Assembly (NCBI GenBank): GCA_964622545.1
Contig: CAZUQM010000008.1
Coordinates: 11,215-75,214 of the forward strand
Origin: an uncultured Planctomycetales bacterium
Lineage (GTDB): Bacteria > Planctomycetota > Phycisphaerae > UBA1845 > JAFGLZ01
Reading direction: 5' to 3'
DNA length: 64,000 nucleotides
The translations under genes were made by a program, and so were the position numbers. Each line of letters opens with the position of its first letter. The first letter of the stretch is position 1. Of the stretch, positions 47,338 to 56,861 are shown piece after piece. Under the pieces are notes generated by a model. The model was not told the DNA's origin and searched no databases. It worked only from the letters and a program-made list of their open reading frames with translations.

Positions 47338-47464
47338 CGAGCCACCGGGCGACATCATAGGTTGGGCACGGAATGTCGCAAGGGTGAGACCACGGAGGAC
47401 CTTAGCGTGGGCACGGCGAGCGGGCGGATTGACACGCACCGGTCGTGGCACTATCTGAACGGAC

Positions 47465-49528
47465 ATGGGCAACGAAGCGAAAACCGGCCGGCTACCCTCA
47501 GAGAGACCCTGGTCGGGTCCACCTTCCATGATCTCGGCCCTCGTCGGCCTGGCCGCGGTAGGCGTCTACCTGAACAGTCTGGGCAACGCGTTCGTCTACG
47601 ACGACATCCCGATCTGCGTCAAGGACCAGCGGTGCCACGGCCTGGATGAGCTGGACCGGATCTTCACGCAGGGCTACTGGGCGCGGTCCGACACATCGAT
47701 CGACGGGCTCGAAGGGCGACCGAAGCCCCTCTTCAGGCCCGTCACGCTGCTCTCGTTCGCGGTGAACCACGAGCTGACCGGACTCCATCCCACCGCGTAC
47801 CGTCTCGTGAACATCCTGCTCCACGCGGGGACGGCCATCGGCGTGGTCTGTTTGGTGCGCTTGATCCTTCCCAACGCGGTGGTGGCGCTCGCGGCGGGGC
47901 TGGTCTTCGCGGTGCATCCGATTCACGTTGAGGCCGTTGTGCCGGCCGTCGGACGCAGCGAAGTCCTCGCGGCGATCACGGCCGTCTGGGCCGTCGTCCT
48001 ACACATGCGGGATGCCCATGCCTGCACCGGCCCGCGACAGACCACCTGGCGGTACCCGGTCGTGATCCTGCTGATGTGGGTGGGCGTGTTCAGCAAGGAG
48101 TCGGCCATCACCACGGTCGGGCTCCTGCTGGCCGCCGAGGTGTGGCTGAAGGTCCGCGGCCCGGGCTGGGCACGGGAGCTGGGCTGGCGAGGGTTCGCGG
48201 CGGCGCGGCTGCCGCGTCGGTACATCGGTTATCTGGCGGTAGCGGTCGCGTTCCTGGTGGCTCGACGACTCGTGCTCGGGCAGTTCTTCAGCAGCATGGA
48301 GGTCATCCCGGTCACGCAGAACATCCTGATGGAGGCCACGCTGCCGCAGCGCCTGCTGACGTGCATGGTCGTTCTCTGGAAGTACGTCTATCTGCTGTTC
48401 GTGCCGTACCCGCTCTGCTATGACTATTCCGCCCAGGCCGTGCGGCTCCACGATGCGCTCGGACACCCGTCGGTGTTGGCCGGGCTGGCGTGCGCGGCGG
48501 CGATGGCGGTGGGCGTCATCCTATCCGCGCGCCGTCACGGGCACGTGGCGGTGGCGATCCTCTTCTTCGCGGTGACGTACTCGGTCGCCTCGAACATCCT
48601 CGTTAGGATCGGCACGCTGATGGCTGAGCGGCTGGTTTACCTGCCCTCGGTGGGCGTGTGTATGCTCATCGGGTTGGCCCTCGGCGCGGTGGCATCCCGG
48701 TGGCCGCGTCGTATCGCCGCAACGCCATGGGGAGACCTCCGGGCCGGCATGGCCCTGGCGCTGGCCTGCCTGATCGGCATCGTGACGACCTACTCGGTGC
48801 TAACCGTGCGGCGCAACACGGTGTGGCAGTCGAACGAGACGTTGTACACGACGGACCTGGCGATCCAGCCCGAGAGCCACAAGTGTTGGCAGAACCTCGG
48901 TCAGCTCCGCATGGAGCAGGGCCGGGGGGCCGAGGCGATCGAGTGCTTCGAGCGTGCCCTGGAGCTTGCCCCCAATGCGTATGAGATGCTGGCACGGTTG
49001 GGTTGGTACGAGGCCCGCGCGGGTCGTGTGGTCGAGGCGCTCGACCTGCTGGAACGCGCCAGCGAGAACGCGTGGCGGACCGAAACCTTCACGTTGTGGG
49101 TCCGCGCCCAGCTCCACACGAACCTCGGGCAGCTTGACCAGGCCGTCCCGCTCTACGAGCGCGTCCTGGAGATCAAGCCCACCCACGAGATCGCCCTGGT
49201 GAACCTGACCGCCCTCTATGCCAGCCCCGAGTCAGGAAGACGCTACGACCTCGACAAGGCCTACGCCTACGCCAAGCGTGCGGCCGCCCTACCGTCTCCG
49301 CAGCCGAACGTCTTCGTCGCCCTGGCCGATGTGTGCGTCAAATCGGAGCGATGGGACGAGGCCCGTCAGGCGATCGCTCGGGGCACGGGCTTCCTCAATG
49401 CTTACGAAGCCAAGGCGAAGAGAACCGGGAAGGTTGAGAACCTGGCGCCCGCCATTTCGGCGTTGCGGCAAGCCCTACGGGAATTGGCCAAGCAGGTGAC
49501 GGCGACCCGTCCGGTGACGACGCCGTAG
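47465..49528 (+). CDS. TMTC-like GT-C glycosyltransferase with TPRs, copy 2
   Basis: FVYDD, FRPV, HPIHVEAVVPAVGRSE, KESA, PLCYDYS, AERLVYLPS, RNTVWQSNETL, TPRs. Confidence 0.82.
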   Translation: MGNEAKTGRLPSERPWSGPPSMISALVGLAAVGVYLNSLGNAFVYDDIPICVKDQRCHGLDELDRIFTQGYWARSDTSIDGLEGRPKPLFRPVTLLSFAVNHELTGLHPTAYRLVNILLHAGTAIGVVCLVRLILPNAVVALAAGLVFAVHPIHVEAVVPAVGRSEVLAAITAVWAVVLHMRDAHACTGPRQTTWRYPVVILLMWVGVFSKESAITTVGLLLAAEVWLKVRGPGWARELGWRGFAAARLPRRYIGYLAVAVAFLVARRLVLGQFFSSMEVIPVTQNILMEATLPQRLLTCMVVLWKYVYLLFVPYPLCYDYSAQAVRLHDALGHPSVLAGLACAAAMAVGVILSARRHGHVAVAILFFAVTYSVASNILVRIGTLMAERLVYLPSVGVCMLIGLALGAVASRWPRRIAATPWGDLRAGMALALACLIGIVTTYSVLTVRRNTVWQSNETLYTTDLAIQPESHKCWQNLGQLRMEQGRGAEAIECFERALELAPNAYEMLARLGWYEARAGRVVEALDLLERASENAWRTETFTLWVRAQLHTNLGQLDQAVPLYERVLEIKPTHEIALVNLTALYASPESGRRYDLDKAYAYAKRAAALPSPQPNVFVALADVCVKSERWDEARQAIARGTGFLNAYEAKAKRTGKVENLAPAISALRQALRELAKQVTATRPVTTP

Positions 49529-49539
49529 GGACCGTCGCC

Positions 49540-51237
49540 TTACTCGAGGTAGCCCAGGTCGCTGAGGCGTTCGGTGAGCGTTTCCATCTCCTCGCGGCTG
49601 TAGACCTGCTGATCGGTCTCGACGCGCTCGCGCTTCTGCGGCGGCTCGAACTCGACCGCCACCGGCACATCGAACAGATCGGTCAGGGCCGATCCCTCCA
49701 TGTCCACCGGCACGGGCAGGCCCAGACTGGCCAGCAGCGTCGGCGCGACGTCGGCGATGTGTGCGTCCAAGCGGGCGCCGCGACGGATGTGCGGCCCGAA
49801 CGCGGCCAGGACACCCTCCACCCGGTGCGTGCCCTCCATCCGTCGATCGCTCGTCCATCGCACGGGACTGAACCCGCGGATCTTGCGAACCACCGCCAAG
49901 CCTTCGGCGGGGATCAGGAGCAGATCGGGCAGCCACTCGTTCTCCTCGCGGCTGCAGTTGTACAGCTCCTCGGGCTTGTGGACCTCGGGGAAGATCGGGC
50001 AGCGGCCGAGCTTGGGATGATCGCACTGCTCGGCGCGGAACCGCTCGATCAAGTCATCGCGGATCGCCTCGTAGTCGGCCGGGTCGACCGCGCCACCCTC
50101 CCAGCGATCGTTTCGGGTGATGTACAGGAAGCCGTACATGCCGGCGTGCATGACGCACGCCCGCGTCTGGGACCAATCCACGGCCAGGTCGCGTTCGATC
50201 GGCGTGGTCGGCTCGGCGAAACGGCTTTGCTTGCGCTTGAGCGCCCGGTTCAGCACGTGGTTGGCCCGTGTCATCGCCCGTTGAAGCGGGTTCCGCAGGC
50301 TCAGGTAGCCCCACCGGTTCAACAGCAGGTTCGGCTGGGCCTTGCCGTCGAGGCTGCCGTGCCCGTGATCGGACATGATGAGCGCCGTCGCGCCCTCCCG
50401 CTCGGCCAGCCGGGACAGCCGCCCCAGGGTGTCGTCCAGCCTCTCGAAGCACTCGACGACCATCCGCGTCCGGACCGGATCGGGCGCCGGGCCGTGCGGG
50501 GGCAGGTGCCGCCAGGCCTTGTGCTGGAGGTTGTCCACCAGCTTGAACAAGACCATCATGACGTCCCAGCCGTACGTGTCGGTGCACATCTCGGCGATGT
50601 CGCAGCCCTGCTCGAAGCTCCTCTCGATATGGGCCATGTTCGAGGCGAACACGCGACGTTGGCCGAACAGGCGTCGCTGCCAGTTCGTGCGGTAGGTGTA
50701 ATCCGGCCAGCGGCGGAGGATCTCCCCCTTCAGCTCCGGCGGATAGGTGAAGTCGCTGTCGATGGTCGGCGTCTCGAAGCCCGAGATCATGAAGCCGTTC
50801 ACCTTACGGGGCGGATACGTCATCGGCAGGTTGATCGAGCCGACGCGCATGCCCTTCTCCGAGAGGATCTCCCAGATGGTCTTCTCGAGGATGGCCTGCG
50901 TATGGTTGAACTCGAGGGTGTTGGTGTGGACGTCGTATTTCTCGAAATCGATGATCCCGTGCCGGCCCGGGCCCTTGCCGGTCATGAACGTCGTCCAGGC
51001 CGCCGGCGTGATCGGAGGTTTGGTCGATTCCAGGATGCCCGAGACGCCCTCCTCGACGATCCGCTTGAGATGGGGCATGTGCCCCTTGTCCATCAGCGGA
51101 TTGAAGACGTCAAAGGTGGCCCCGTCCAGGCCGATGATGAGGACCTTCTTGGCCACCCGCGTCGCACCGCCCGACGGTCGGCTGGGGGCGCTATGCGGCG
51201 TGACACGAACCGCTTGGGTTGAGTGCACTTCGCTCAT
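49540..51237 (-). CDS. Alkaline phosphatase superfamily, type I phosphodiesterase / nucleotide pyrophosphatase
   Basis: IIGLDGAT, PPITPAAW, GRHGI.DF, DNLQH, SDHG, GTH, C-terminal RLSDLGYL. Confidence 0.9.
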   Translation of the reverse strand: MSEVHSTQAVRVTPHSAPSRPSGGATRVAKKVLIIGLDGATFDVFNPLMDKGHMPHLKRIVEEGVSGILESTKPPITPAAWTTFMTGKGPGRHGIIDFEKYDVHTNTLEFNHTQAILEKTIWEILSEKGMRVGSINLPMTYPPRKVNGFMISGFETPTIDSDFTYPPELKGEILRRWPDYTYRTNWQRRLFGQRRVFASNMAHIERSFEQGCDIAEMCTDTYGWDVMMVLFKLVDNLQHKAWRHLPPHGPAPDPVRTRMVVECFERLDDTLGRLSRLAEREGATALIMSDHGHGSLDGKAQPNLLLNRWGYLSLRNPLQRAMTRANHVLNRALKRKQSRFAEPTTPIERDLAVDWSQTRACVMHAGMYGFLYITRNDRWEGGAVDPADYEAIRDDLIERFRAEQCDHPKLGRCPIFPEVHKPEELYNCSREENEWLPDLLLIPAEGLAVVRKIRGFSPVRWTSDRRMEGTHRVEGVLAAFGPHIRRGARLDAHIADVAPTLLASLGLPVPVDMEGSALTDLFDVPVAVEFEPPQKRERVETDQQVYSREEMETLTERLSDLGYLE

Positions 51238-51405
51238 GGATACGCCGTCGATGGAGTCTTCGTGCCGCGACACGTCGTCCCGCGCGCCTCATACCTACCT
51301 GCGGTCGCTCAGAAGGTATGCGGGAACCATTCGGTCATGGTAGCCCGGCTTGGTGGGGAATGCAACAGACGGTTGCACCGGGGTGTGGGTTCAGGCAGGA
51401 TCGCC

Positions 51406-51621
51406 TCAGGACCGGCTCTTCGTCGTGTCCGGGCTGCTGTCCTTGCTCTCGTCGCCTTCCTCGAGCCAATCCAAGACGGTATCGTCGATGGAGTCCTTGG
51501 GCGTCATGCGAAAGACGTTTCGGCACCGTCGGCACTTGGCCTTGCGACCCCGAAGCCGCCGGCCGATGCGGTACCTGGCTCCGCAATGGCCGCACTGAAC
51601 CAGAACCTTGCCTTCGTCCAC
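51406..51621 (-). CDS. Small stand-alone zinc-ribbon protein (MJ0042-type finger-like)
   Basis: SD GGAGGTG then GTG; CGHC...KCRRC followed by an acidic tail. Confidence 0.7.
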   Translation of the reverse strand: MDEGKVLVQCGHCGARYRIGRRLRGRKAKCRRCRNVFRMTPKDSIDDTVLDWLEEGDESKDSSPDTTKSRS

Positions 51622-51846
51622 TGAAACACCTCCCAATCCTGCTGGCACTCCTTGCCTGTACTTATATGACGACGCGTCAGTGGGTTGGGTTCAGATATCT
51701 CCCTTCACGGCTTACGGCATCCCGTGATCTTGAGCGTTGAAGACCGGTCCACGCTCGGGACAACCGTTGGTCTCCAGAAAGGGTCGGAAACTGTCGGTCG
51801 TCCCTATAATCCTATGGCCGGGGCTGGATTGCGACAACGGGCCTTC

Positions 51847-51885
51847 TGGTATAATCCATTGTAGCATAGATAGTTAGGACTAACT
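51847..51885 (+). promoter_or_regulatory. Extended -10 promoter with downstream palindrome
   Basis: TGG-TATAAT at 51847-51855; AGTTAG-GA-CTAACT at 51872-51885 in an AT-rich spacer. Confidence 0.4.
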
Positions 51886-52039
51886 TCAAGGTCTGGGTTC
51901 TCTGTTGCCGGAATCGCCTACTCGCGGATTGAATGAGGCGCTCCGCCTGCCAGATACCGATAATCACCACGGGGCAACGACTGGCGCAGGGCCGACGCCC
52001 AACGACCACGGCATGCAGCCACGGCGGGAGGACCACCAC

Positions 52040-52261
52040 GTGAAACGCATCCATCACACGCTGACCAAGGCAACGCTCTTCGCCCTGGGGCTCAGCTCGA
52101 TAGCTCAGGCCCAGGACGACAGCTCGCTCATCACCAACGGGGTCATCTGCCCCTTGATCTTCGACGCCGTCCATGGCGGCGAGTGGCGGAATCTGTCACC
52201 GACGATCAACGACGTGGCGGTCTGCTCGAACTTCACCATGACCCAAGCGGGCCTTGCCTGA
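52040..52261 (+). CDS. Small secreted hypothetical protein (73 aa), possibly a remnant
   Basis: SD GGGAGGA then GTG; signal peptide ending AQA; two Cys in the mature part. Confidence 0.5.
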   Translation: MKRIHHTLTKATLFALGLSSIAQAQDDSSLITNGVICPLIFDAVHGGEWRNLSPTINDVAVCSNFTMTQAGLA

Positions 52262-52369
52262 TCCCCGCCGCTGCGGTACCGTCATGCCCGGTGGCTCGTA
52301 GCGGGGCCCGATGAGTCGGACGCGACGCGTCCGGGTGCACCCGCCCAGAACCCGGCAAGACAGGACCCC

Positions 52370-53245
52370 GTGAGCGTCGGCGAATTCCACGAACATGTCT
52401 TGGATGTGGACCGGTTGGCTGAAGGGCTTGTCCTCGCGCGCATCGGCTCGGACGTCCGGGTCTTGCCCGAGACGCCCAGCACCAACAACGCAGCCTTCCA
52501 AGCCGCCTCGGCCGGCGCGCCGGACGGCACGGTCATCTTCACCGAGCATCAGCCCCAGGGGCGAGGTCGCCTCGGCCGCCCGTGGATCAGCCCGCGCTCG
52601 GCGTCGGTTTTGTCCAGCACGCTCCTGATCGAGGGGGCCGGCGAGACGAAGCGTTCGATGGGGCCCGGAGCGATCACCCTTGCCGCGGCGGTGGCCGTCG
52701 TCGATGCGGTCGGACGGGCCGTTCCCGACGTCGAGCCGGTCATCCGTTGGCCCAACGACGTGATGATCGGCGGTCGGAAGTTGTGTGGGATCCTCATCGA
52801 GACCCGGCCGTTGGGGGCAGCGGCGTCCGGTGGCGGAGCGCCGGTTCCCGAGGCGTCATCGGCCGACCAGCGGCGCGCGATCGTCGTGGGGATCGGCATC
52901 AACTGCCTTCAGCATCGAGGCCACTTCGCCGCCGTGGGGCTGGACAGCGCCACGAGCCTGGAGGCCGAGTCGAGGGAGACGATCAGCCGGCTCACCGTCG
53001 CCCGCGAACTCTTGCTCGCGCTGGACGCATGGCTGGCCGGTAACGTGTCCTCGGACGCCTTGCGTCGCGCGTGGCTTGACCGTGCCGAGCCCTTGGGGCA
53101 GCATATCCATCTGAGGCAGGCGGGCGAAGCGTACTCCGGCAGAACCATCGACATCGATCCTACAGCGGGTTTGGTCGTCGAGCTCGACCGCGGGGGTCGG
53201 CGCGTATTCGATCCGTACCGAACCAGCGTGATGCCGCTGACCTAG
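52370..53245 (+). CDS. birA: Biotin--[acetyl-CoA-carboxylase] ligase (no HTH domain)
   Basis: STN, QPQGRGRLGRPW, WPNDV, KLCGILIE, GIGIN. Confidence 0.93.
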   Translation: MSVGEFHEHVLDVDRLAEGLVLARIGSDVRVLPETPSTNNAAFQAASAGAPDGTVIFTEHQPQGRGRLGRPWISPRSASVLSSTLLIEGAGETKRSMGPGAITLAAAVAVVDAVGRAVPDVEPVIRWPNDVMIGGRKLCGILIETRPLGAAASGGGAPVPEASSADQRRAIVVGIGINCLQHRGHFAAVGLDSATSLEAESRETISRLTVARELLLALDAWLAGNVSSDALRRAWLDRAEPLGQHIHLRQAGEAYSGRTIDIDPTAGLVVELDRGGRRVFDPYRTSVMPLT

Positions 53246-53310
53246 ACGCCGACAGGACAACGGGGCTCGCCCTCCGTCACGGACGCCGCGAGACCGCCCA
53301 TTGGGATGCC

Positions 53311-55683
53311 ATGTCCAGCGAGCCTATCAGCACGAGCGGACCTCATCGCAGCGGCTACTACGAGGTTCGCATCATCGCCTGGCTGCTGGGGTTCGGCTGC
53401 GGCCTGCATCTCAGCGGGATCGCCGCCCTCTATCAAGCGATGCTCGACCCCCTGCCCCAGACCGCCATGCTGGTCGTCTGCGTGGCGCTGCTTTCGGCGG
53501 CGATCGGGCCCTGGTTGCCCCAGGGCGTGCTCACGCGATGGTTCCGCATCCTGGACGCACCTGAGACCGAGCCACTCGGTGGAGCCGCCGGCGGATGGAT
53601 GCCGCGATCGGTCGCGCCCGCGCTGCGGGGAGTCCTATGGGTCGTCTTGGCCCTGTCGTGTCTGCTGGCCGGCACGACGGCACTCCTGCTGCTATGGGCG
53701 ACCGGTCCCCTGGATCATCTGCTGCACTGGGCCAGCGGACGCTTCTTCCTGAGTCGATTCGAGCTGTTGGCCGTCGACACGGTGACGGTGGCGGCCGGGG
53801 TCGCCGTTCCGTGGGCGGTGGTCGGCATGTCCATCGCGTGCCTCTACGCCCTCCAAGCTCGCCGTCAGCCGCTGCATCGCCTCGGGACCGGCGTGCTGGG
53901 ATCGCTGCTGATGGCCGCCGGCGTCGGCATGGCCCTGTCCCGACTCGGGATGCTGGCCGCCTCGCCGCCGAGGACGGCCCTGATCGGCGCCCTGCCGTTC
54001 ATCCTGGCCGCCGTCGTCGCGGTGGCACGCGCCGGACAGCGGCGCGACCTCGAGAGCGACGACGACGATACCCTCCATCTACCGGAGCGAGCTCCCGAAG
54101 CGGGCTATGCCCTCCTAGGCTGCCTGGGTATCTGTGGGGCCATGACGGGCGGCGCCATGGTGGCCTGGCCGAGGAGCGTGGCCCTGGACATGCCCCTGAC
54201 GCGAGAGCTGCCGTTGGTGACCAGTGCGTGGGTCCTGGGGTGGGTCGGTGTCGGCGTGCTGTTGGGCGGCGTGGTCTCCAGCCGGAGGTCGTCGCCCATC
54301 AGCGAGTGCGGTCCCGTGCTCGTGATTGCGGGCGCCGCTGGGGGCTTTGCCATCGCCGTGAACGCCCTCGTCGGCATGGTCGTGAATCCGGAATCATCCG
54401 CTTCATCGGCCCCCTGGCTCAGCCTTATCCTGGCGGCGCTGGCGTTGCAGGGGGCGGCGCTCGGCTGGGCGACCGCCTATTTCAAGCGAAGCGTCTTGAT
54501 CCAATCCGGGAGCCCGGCCGTCGGCTCGGCGCAGGCATTGAGCACCCTCTTGGTCGGCGGCGCTCTCGGCTCGGCCGCAGCGGCGCTGTGGCTCATCCCT
54601 GCGGCCGGCACGCTCGTGGCGCTGGCCACCGGCTCGTTGGCGGCGCTGGCGACCGGCGGCTTGCTGGTCATCTTCGACGTCGGCGGGCCGTCGCGATCAC
54701 GAACCCGACGGCTCGCGGGTGTGTTCGGTGTTCTGGTCGTGTTCATGATTGTGCTGCCGAGCATCAGTGGGCGATGGCTCACACGCCCGGAACGACGCGC
54801 TATGCCCCGCGAGGGCGCGTGGTTCACCGCCATGACCGTCCAGGGAAACGCAATCCCTCACGTCGAGCTGCGGCGGGCGACGCGCCGTGCCTCGACGCCG
54901 TCCGACTGTGTCGCGATGTCGCGGGCCCTCGCGGCCGTATTGAGGCTCCGCGACCGGTTCAACGCCGCGCTGGTCTTGTCGGCGGGTGATGTGGTTCCGG
55001 GGCGCAACGAGCGTGCCCGGTGCAGGCGGTGGACCCTCGGGGCGTACGATCCCGTGGCGGCCGTGGCATTCCGCGGGTTCATCAATCCCACGTATCGTGG
55101 CGTCGAGCAGGAGAATCCTCCTCGATCGGGGCTCCGCACCTTACGGGTGGAGCTCGATACGTACGACCTGATCGTCATCAGCCCGATACCCGGTGGGCAT
55201 TGCCTGAATGAGGCGGTCTGGTCGGTGGAGGTCCTGCGGCGACTGAGCGACAGCCTGGCGGTGCGGGGCATCCTGGCCGGCCTCGTTCGGCCCGGCGATT
55301 ACAGCCGGTCGGACCTGGCCGCCCTCGTGGCGACGTTCGTCGCCGCGACGGCTGATCGGACCTACGGTGGGCTGGTCGGCACCGGCGACGAGCAGGTGTT
55401 GGTCCTCTTGTCCACCAGCGATGCCGAGCCGCGGTGGCAGTGGACGGCGGCCGCTGCCGAAGGGCTCCGGCGGATCGGTCCGCTACAGGCCTACCTCCAA
55501 CTCGCCCACGGTGTCCGCCCGAACAGCCTGAGAAGCCCCTCCTTATCGGATCTCGGCCGGCGGACCGAAGGTGGCGTGGAGCTGACTCGTTTCGTCAGCA
55601 CCTCGCCAAGCTGGCGGGAGGTCGCTCCCAGCAAGCGACCGATAACCATCCTGCCTCCCAATCTAGCTCCCGGCGGAGAATAG
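53311..55683 (+). CDS. Polytopic membrane protein with degenerate spermidine-synthase-like C-terminal domain
   Basis: About 13 hydrophobic segments, then REG....V, LRTLR....YDLIV, W..E.LRRL...L...GIL, PNS...P pattern of fused membrane/spermidine synthases. Confidence 0.6.
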   Translation: MSSEPISTSGPHRSGYYEVRIIAWLLGFGCGLHLSGIAALYQAMLDPLPQTAMLVVCVALLSAAIGPWLPQGVLTRWFRILDAPETEPLGGAAGGWMPRSVAPALRGVLWVVLALSCLLAGTTALLLLWATGPLDHLLHWASGRFFLSRFELLAVDTVTVAAGVAVPWAVVGMSIACLYALQARRQPLHRLGTGVLGSLLMAAGVGMALSRLGMLAASPPRTALIGALPFILAAVVAVARAGQRRDLESDDDDTLHLPERAPEAGYALLGCLGICGAMTGGAMVAWPRSVALDMPLTRELPLVTSAWVLGWVGVGVLLGGVVSSRRSSPISECGPVLVIAGAAGGFAIAVNALVGMVVNPESSASSAPWLSLILAALALQGAALGWATAYFKRSVLIQSGSPAVGSAQALSTLLVGGALGSAAAALWLIPAAGTLVALATGSLAALATGGLLVIFDVGGPSRSRTRRLAGVFGVLVVFMIVLPSISGRWLTRPERRAMPREGAWFTAMTVQGNAIPHVELRRATRRASTPSDCVAMSRALAAVLRLRDRFNAALVLSAGDVVPGRNERARCRRWTLGAYDPVAAVAFRGFINPTYRGVEQENPPRSGLRTLRVELDTYDLIVISPIPGGHCLNEAVWSVEVLRRLSDSLAVRGILAGLVRPGDYSRSDLAALVATFVAATADRTYGGLVGTGDEQVLVLLSTSDAEPRWQWTAAAAEGLRRIGPLQAYLQLAHGVRPNSLRSPSLSDLGRRTEGGVELTRFVSTSPSWREVAPSKRPITILPPNLAPGGE

Positions 55684-55964
55684 ATTGCCGCCGGCATGCG
55701 TTGTACACCAAGACTCGCCAGTTCAAGTGCGCTGACGCGCTGCCCGATAGCCATCGGGGGACGGTGCGCCATCAGCATCCAAGACGGTCTTCGGAGGGGA
55801 CATCCCTGACCCGATCGTCCGGGAGCTGTTCGTCAAGCGACGGGGTCGCACCGGCCTGGCCCTGGCGGGCCGGCGGAAGTCGGTCGAGAGTGGTCGGCGG
55901 CACGACCGCCGTCCCGGTCGGTAACGCGGCGAGCATCCTGTGTGGACAGGAGCAGAGCGGTGGC

Positions 55965-56819
55965 ATGATGCGTTCGTCTGATGACAGCAAGTCCAACGAG
56001 GCCTCCACCGATTCGACCCGGATCGACCAACCCGCCGCGGGGTGGTTGCTGGTTCACGGCCTGCTGCCGGTGGTGCTGCCGCCGATGATCATCGCCGCGG
56101 GGCTGGCCTGCTATGGGACGATCGCCTCCTACCGCTCGGGGCCGGACAGCACGGAGACCATCCTGTGGTCCCTGGTCATGATGGCCGTGTCCTTGTCGGT
56201 CGCGGCGACCGTGCTGGCCTGGTACAGCTATCGGTGCCGTCTTGCCGCGGTGCAGCAGCTGCTTGAGGAGCTGGCCGCCAACGGCCGCACCCGCATGATC
56301 AGCCCGGACAGCACCGGTGATCTGGCGGGCCTGCTCACGGCCCTCAACGCCTACGTGATCAAGCTTCGGGGACGCAGCACCCGGCTGCATCTCCAGAAGA
56401 AGGAGCTGGACATCCAGACGCGCATCACCGAGGCCGAGCGACGTTGCATCCGCACCGTCGTCGAGCGGGTGGGGGAACCGGTCATCGTGACGGACGCGTT
56501 TGACGAGATCGTGCTGGTCAACCGAGCCGCCCAGGAGGTCTTCGGGTTCGCGCTCGGGGGCGTGCACCGACAACCGATCGAGCAGGCCATCGGCAATCCG
56601 GCCATGGTCCAGCTCATCAAGGGCATGCGTAATCCCGAGGAGCCCGCCCAGCGGACGCTGAGCGTTCGCCTGAACACCGAGACGGCCCTGCCGCAGCGCT
56701 TCCGGATCAGCCTGACGCGCGTGACCGACCCACGGGGGCACATCCACGGCGTGGTCACCGTGCTCCTGCCGCATCCCCAGCCACTGGCCGTCGAGCCGGC
56801 CAAACCGGCGCAGGCCTAG
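55965..56819 (+). CDS. Membrane-anchored PAS domain protein (PhoR-like sensor without kinase core)
   Basis: 2 TM, HAMP-like DLAGLLTALN, coiled coil, PAS VIVTD...VNRAAQEVFG...GVVTVL then stop. Confidence 0.7.
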   Translation: MMRSSDDSKSNEASTDSTRIDQPAAGWLLVHGLLPVVLPPMIIAAGLACYGTIASYRSGPDSTETILWSLVMMAVSLSVAATVLAWYSYRCRLAAVQQLLEELAANGRTRMISPDSTGDLAGLLTALNAYVIKLRGRSTRLHLQKKELDIQTRITEAERRCIRTVVERVGEPVIVTDAFDEIVLVNRAAQEVFGFALGGVHRQPIEQAIGNPAMVQLIKGMRNPEEPAQRTLSVRLNTETALPQRFRISLTRVTDPRGHIHGVVTVLLPHPQPLAVEPAKPAQA

Positions 56820-56861
56820 CAGCGCGCAGCCATACCGCGTGTGCACACGGGAGAGACGGGT

